From Tubiluchus corallicola (Eukaryota > Animalia > Priapulida), in assembly GCA_030141605.1 (NCBI GenBank), contig JAQGDQ010000018.1, forward strand, positions 806,001 to 870,000: DNA of 64,000 nt. Direction: 5' to 3'. Positions 61,451 through 64,000 of the stretch are shown here, one piece after another. A program made the translations under genes and the position numbers. How positions within the stretch are numbered: position 1 is the stretch's first letter; the number at the start of each line of letters is the position of its first letter. The notes beneath the pieces were generated by a model, which made no database searches, had not been told where the DNA came from, and worked only from the letters and a program-made list of their open reading frames with translations.

Positions 61451-64000
61451 TGACTAAGAAAAACCTCAAATTATACAAAGTTTTGTTTGAGAAAAAGCAC
61501 TTGCAGAAAACCCAAATGAAAGGTTTTTTTGAAAAAGTAAGGGTTTTTATTTCGAGTACTGAAAAGCCACATTGATCTACCTCGTAAACTGTAATATTAA
61601 TTTTTTTACAATTTTACTTATCATGGGCCTGAAATATTTTTTTGTTAATAATTTAATTCCACACCTTCAATTTGACCAAATAGTTTTTGTGACATTTTGC
61701 TATAGCAACTTGTAAAATGATAAACACCATAAAAACACTGGAATTAATGCTGATAAAAATGATTTAAAATGAAAAAAACTCATTATATAAAGTGCTGTTA
61801 GTATTTAGTAATACATATAGTTGTACGTATATTGCAACGCACAACATACACATCAATACAAAACACATTCTCAAATGTATCAAAAGTAAAAAAGTATCAC
61901 TTACTGTTAAAATTAATAATAATTTAGAAAGGCCTCTAGAAACTAGTAGAAATTAAATAAACTGAACACACTTCTATTATGCTTTGCTTCACAGTACAAT
62001 ACGACCGTAATTTAGCAATTCAACTGTATCTGTTAAACTAAAACTATGAAAATTTTGACAGTGATAGCTTTTTATAAATGAATAATGTATGAACAAAATT
62101 AATAGTGAAACCATTATTTTGAAGTAAAAAAAAACAAAGAGTTTGCCTATAACATTCATTATACTTTTTTTCAAAACGTGAACTTTGAAATGCAAAAGTT
62201 AATATAATTTATAATGCTTTTTACTAAGAAAGCTGATTAAGTGCAATTAAATAATAAGAAGAATTACCTAAATTTTCTCTGTGACTTAAAATCAATGCAT
62301 GATCACAAAAAAATCACAGTTAATTTCAATACACAGTGCATCACTGTGTGTGTCTTGTAGTATGCATAGTGACATTACAGTAATAACTACGTGACATTTC
62401 AAAAACATTGGCAAATCAAAATAATACGATTAAGATATTCTTTTAAACTAACCTGAATATCTATCTACAGCCCATGAATTTACTGGGACAGGCACTTTGG
62501 TGCCCAACAATAAATTTTTCAATCAACAACATTGCCTTGCTGATTTTAGCTGGATAGTGCGATGCAAACGCCAAAAACGTTTGAACCAGGCTTGTACTGC
62601 ACCTCCGAATCTTTTTGGCTTTGTCTTCAGCAATTTTTAATCAGCTCTAACAACTTGGTAGCTGCCGTCTACAACTAATATCACAGGTGCTGGCCCCTTT
62701 ATATTCTGCAACAATAATAAAAAAATAACAGACATTAATAAAATATGTTGATTGACTGATTTCAAAATAAAAAATAAATTAACAACCAATTATTATTCAT
62801 TAGGTTGCAAATATGGAAATTTTAAAACAACGACTCCCTTGTGATTGTGTTTCACAGGCAACTGTGTTGAAAGTAAATTCAAAAATTAGAATAATTATTG
62901 ATAAAACATTTATCATATTAGTCTAGCGTTATGTACTACATAATTTTAAAATTGATACTAGGTTATTCCACTTCTTTGAACAGGTGACTAACGTTTTAGG
63001 TGATTATAGAATAAAAGCAGAATTCTTATTTAAATTTCTAGTTTATCAGTACATCTGCTTATGTACAAGCTCATTCACAACTGACTAATTTTTTTTAACT
63101 AAAAGCAAAATTTGTAGTTATTATCAGTTTTTTTAAGAAAATAAGTGGCATGTCACACTAACAATGAATTTTTTTATTATTTTACGGCTTTATAATTGAT
63201 TAAATCACTTTCTGATTACAATTTGTATAATTGTGTTTTTTTCTAGAATATGTGCAACAGACTAAGTTTTATAACTAAAACTAAAATTTATATGTATCAC
63301 TTATGCTAAGAAAATACTTGATGCTGGCTAACACCTCAGTCAATTTTGTATTGTCTTACTGTTTTATAATTGGTTGAATCTCTTTTAGATTACATTTTGT
63401 ATAATTACGTATTTTTTTCTAGAAAGCATGAATAAGCCTTTAAATTATTTATCTCTTGAATTATTAAATACCAGCTACTACTATTGATTTTGAAAGTGTA
63501 TTTACGATAATTGATATAATTTGTATTTACCGATTGTGTATTAATGTTCTAATCAGTTTATAAATACTGCACGCAAACGATGTGATCGCGTTAATCATGT
63601 CCGAGATAATCTTAGATAAAATTTTCAAAACTTCAACCGTCTAATTGAGTAAATTTATTGAATTAGTTGTTAGTGCGCATCTATTAATTTAACGTCGAGA
63701 CTTCACTAGTCAGACTCATTTACTTTGTTCGCGCTTTGAAGGACGGTCATGAAATTTATTTCTAGTGATATATTGCCTTGCCTTTTAATTTTACAGCACA
63801 CGCAAAGTCAAAGCTGATAATTTGAACAGCAACTGAAATGTCATTTTCTCACGCTATTCTGTCGTTTTGCTAGACTTATATGGGGCGCAAACCCTGTAAA
63901 AGGAGGCAACCAAGATAAACTGTTTTAATTAATCTGCCATTCTAATGCGTGGATAACCGGATATACGTTTAGCAAATTACTGGAGAAACGTTCATTGAGT

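Overview
AT-rich, intron-rich eukaryotic DNA, most likely an invertebrate bilaterian (inference from protein sequences and repeat types). Four genes can be assembled by hand from splice signals. (1) The 5' part of PAN2, the deadenylase (minus strand, 7 coding exons, 8026 down to 2122, continuing off the left edge). (2) A small uncharacterised plus-strand gene (about 15200-23179) with a C-terminal coiled-coil. (3) A complete miRNA-class Argonaute, AGO1/AGO2-like (minus strand, 51382 down to 27191, 18-19 exons, about 888-900 aa, intact DEDH slicer tetrad). (4) The first coding exon of a probable MEAK7/TLDC1 gene (plus strand, 59019-59162), divergent from AGO. Introns and intergenic DNA carry many TE remnants: LINE fragments, a solo LTR with a 5-bp TSD, a hAT deletion derivative with an 8-bp TSD, foldback/MITE elements and Helentron/HINE-like repeats. 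The most interesting signals cluster at the AGO locus: a collagen-like (GPP)n N-terminus, a phase-symmetric 36-nt microexon, two overlapping uORFs, a long intronic foldback, a roughly 3.6-kb TE-free putative 3'UTR with many 8mer sites for conserved miRNAs, and overlapping convergent poly(A) signals. No rRNA, tRNA or CRISPR was recognised. All comparisons with known proteins and miRNAs are from memory, with no database searches.
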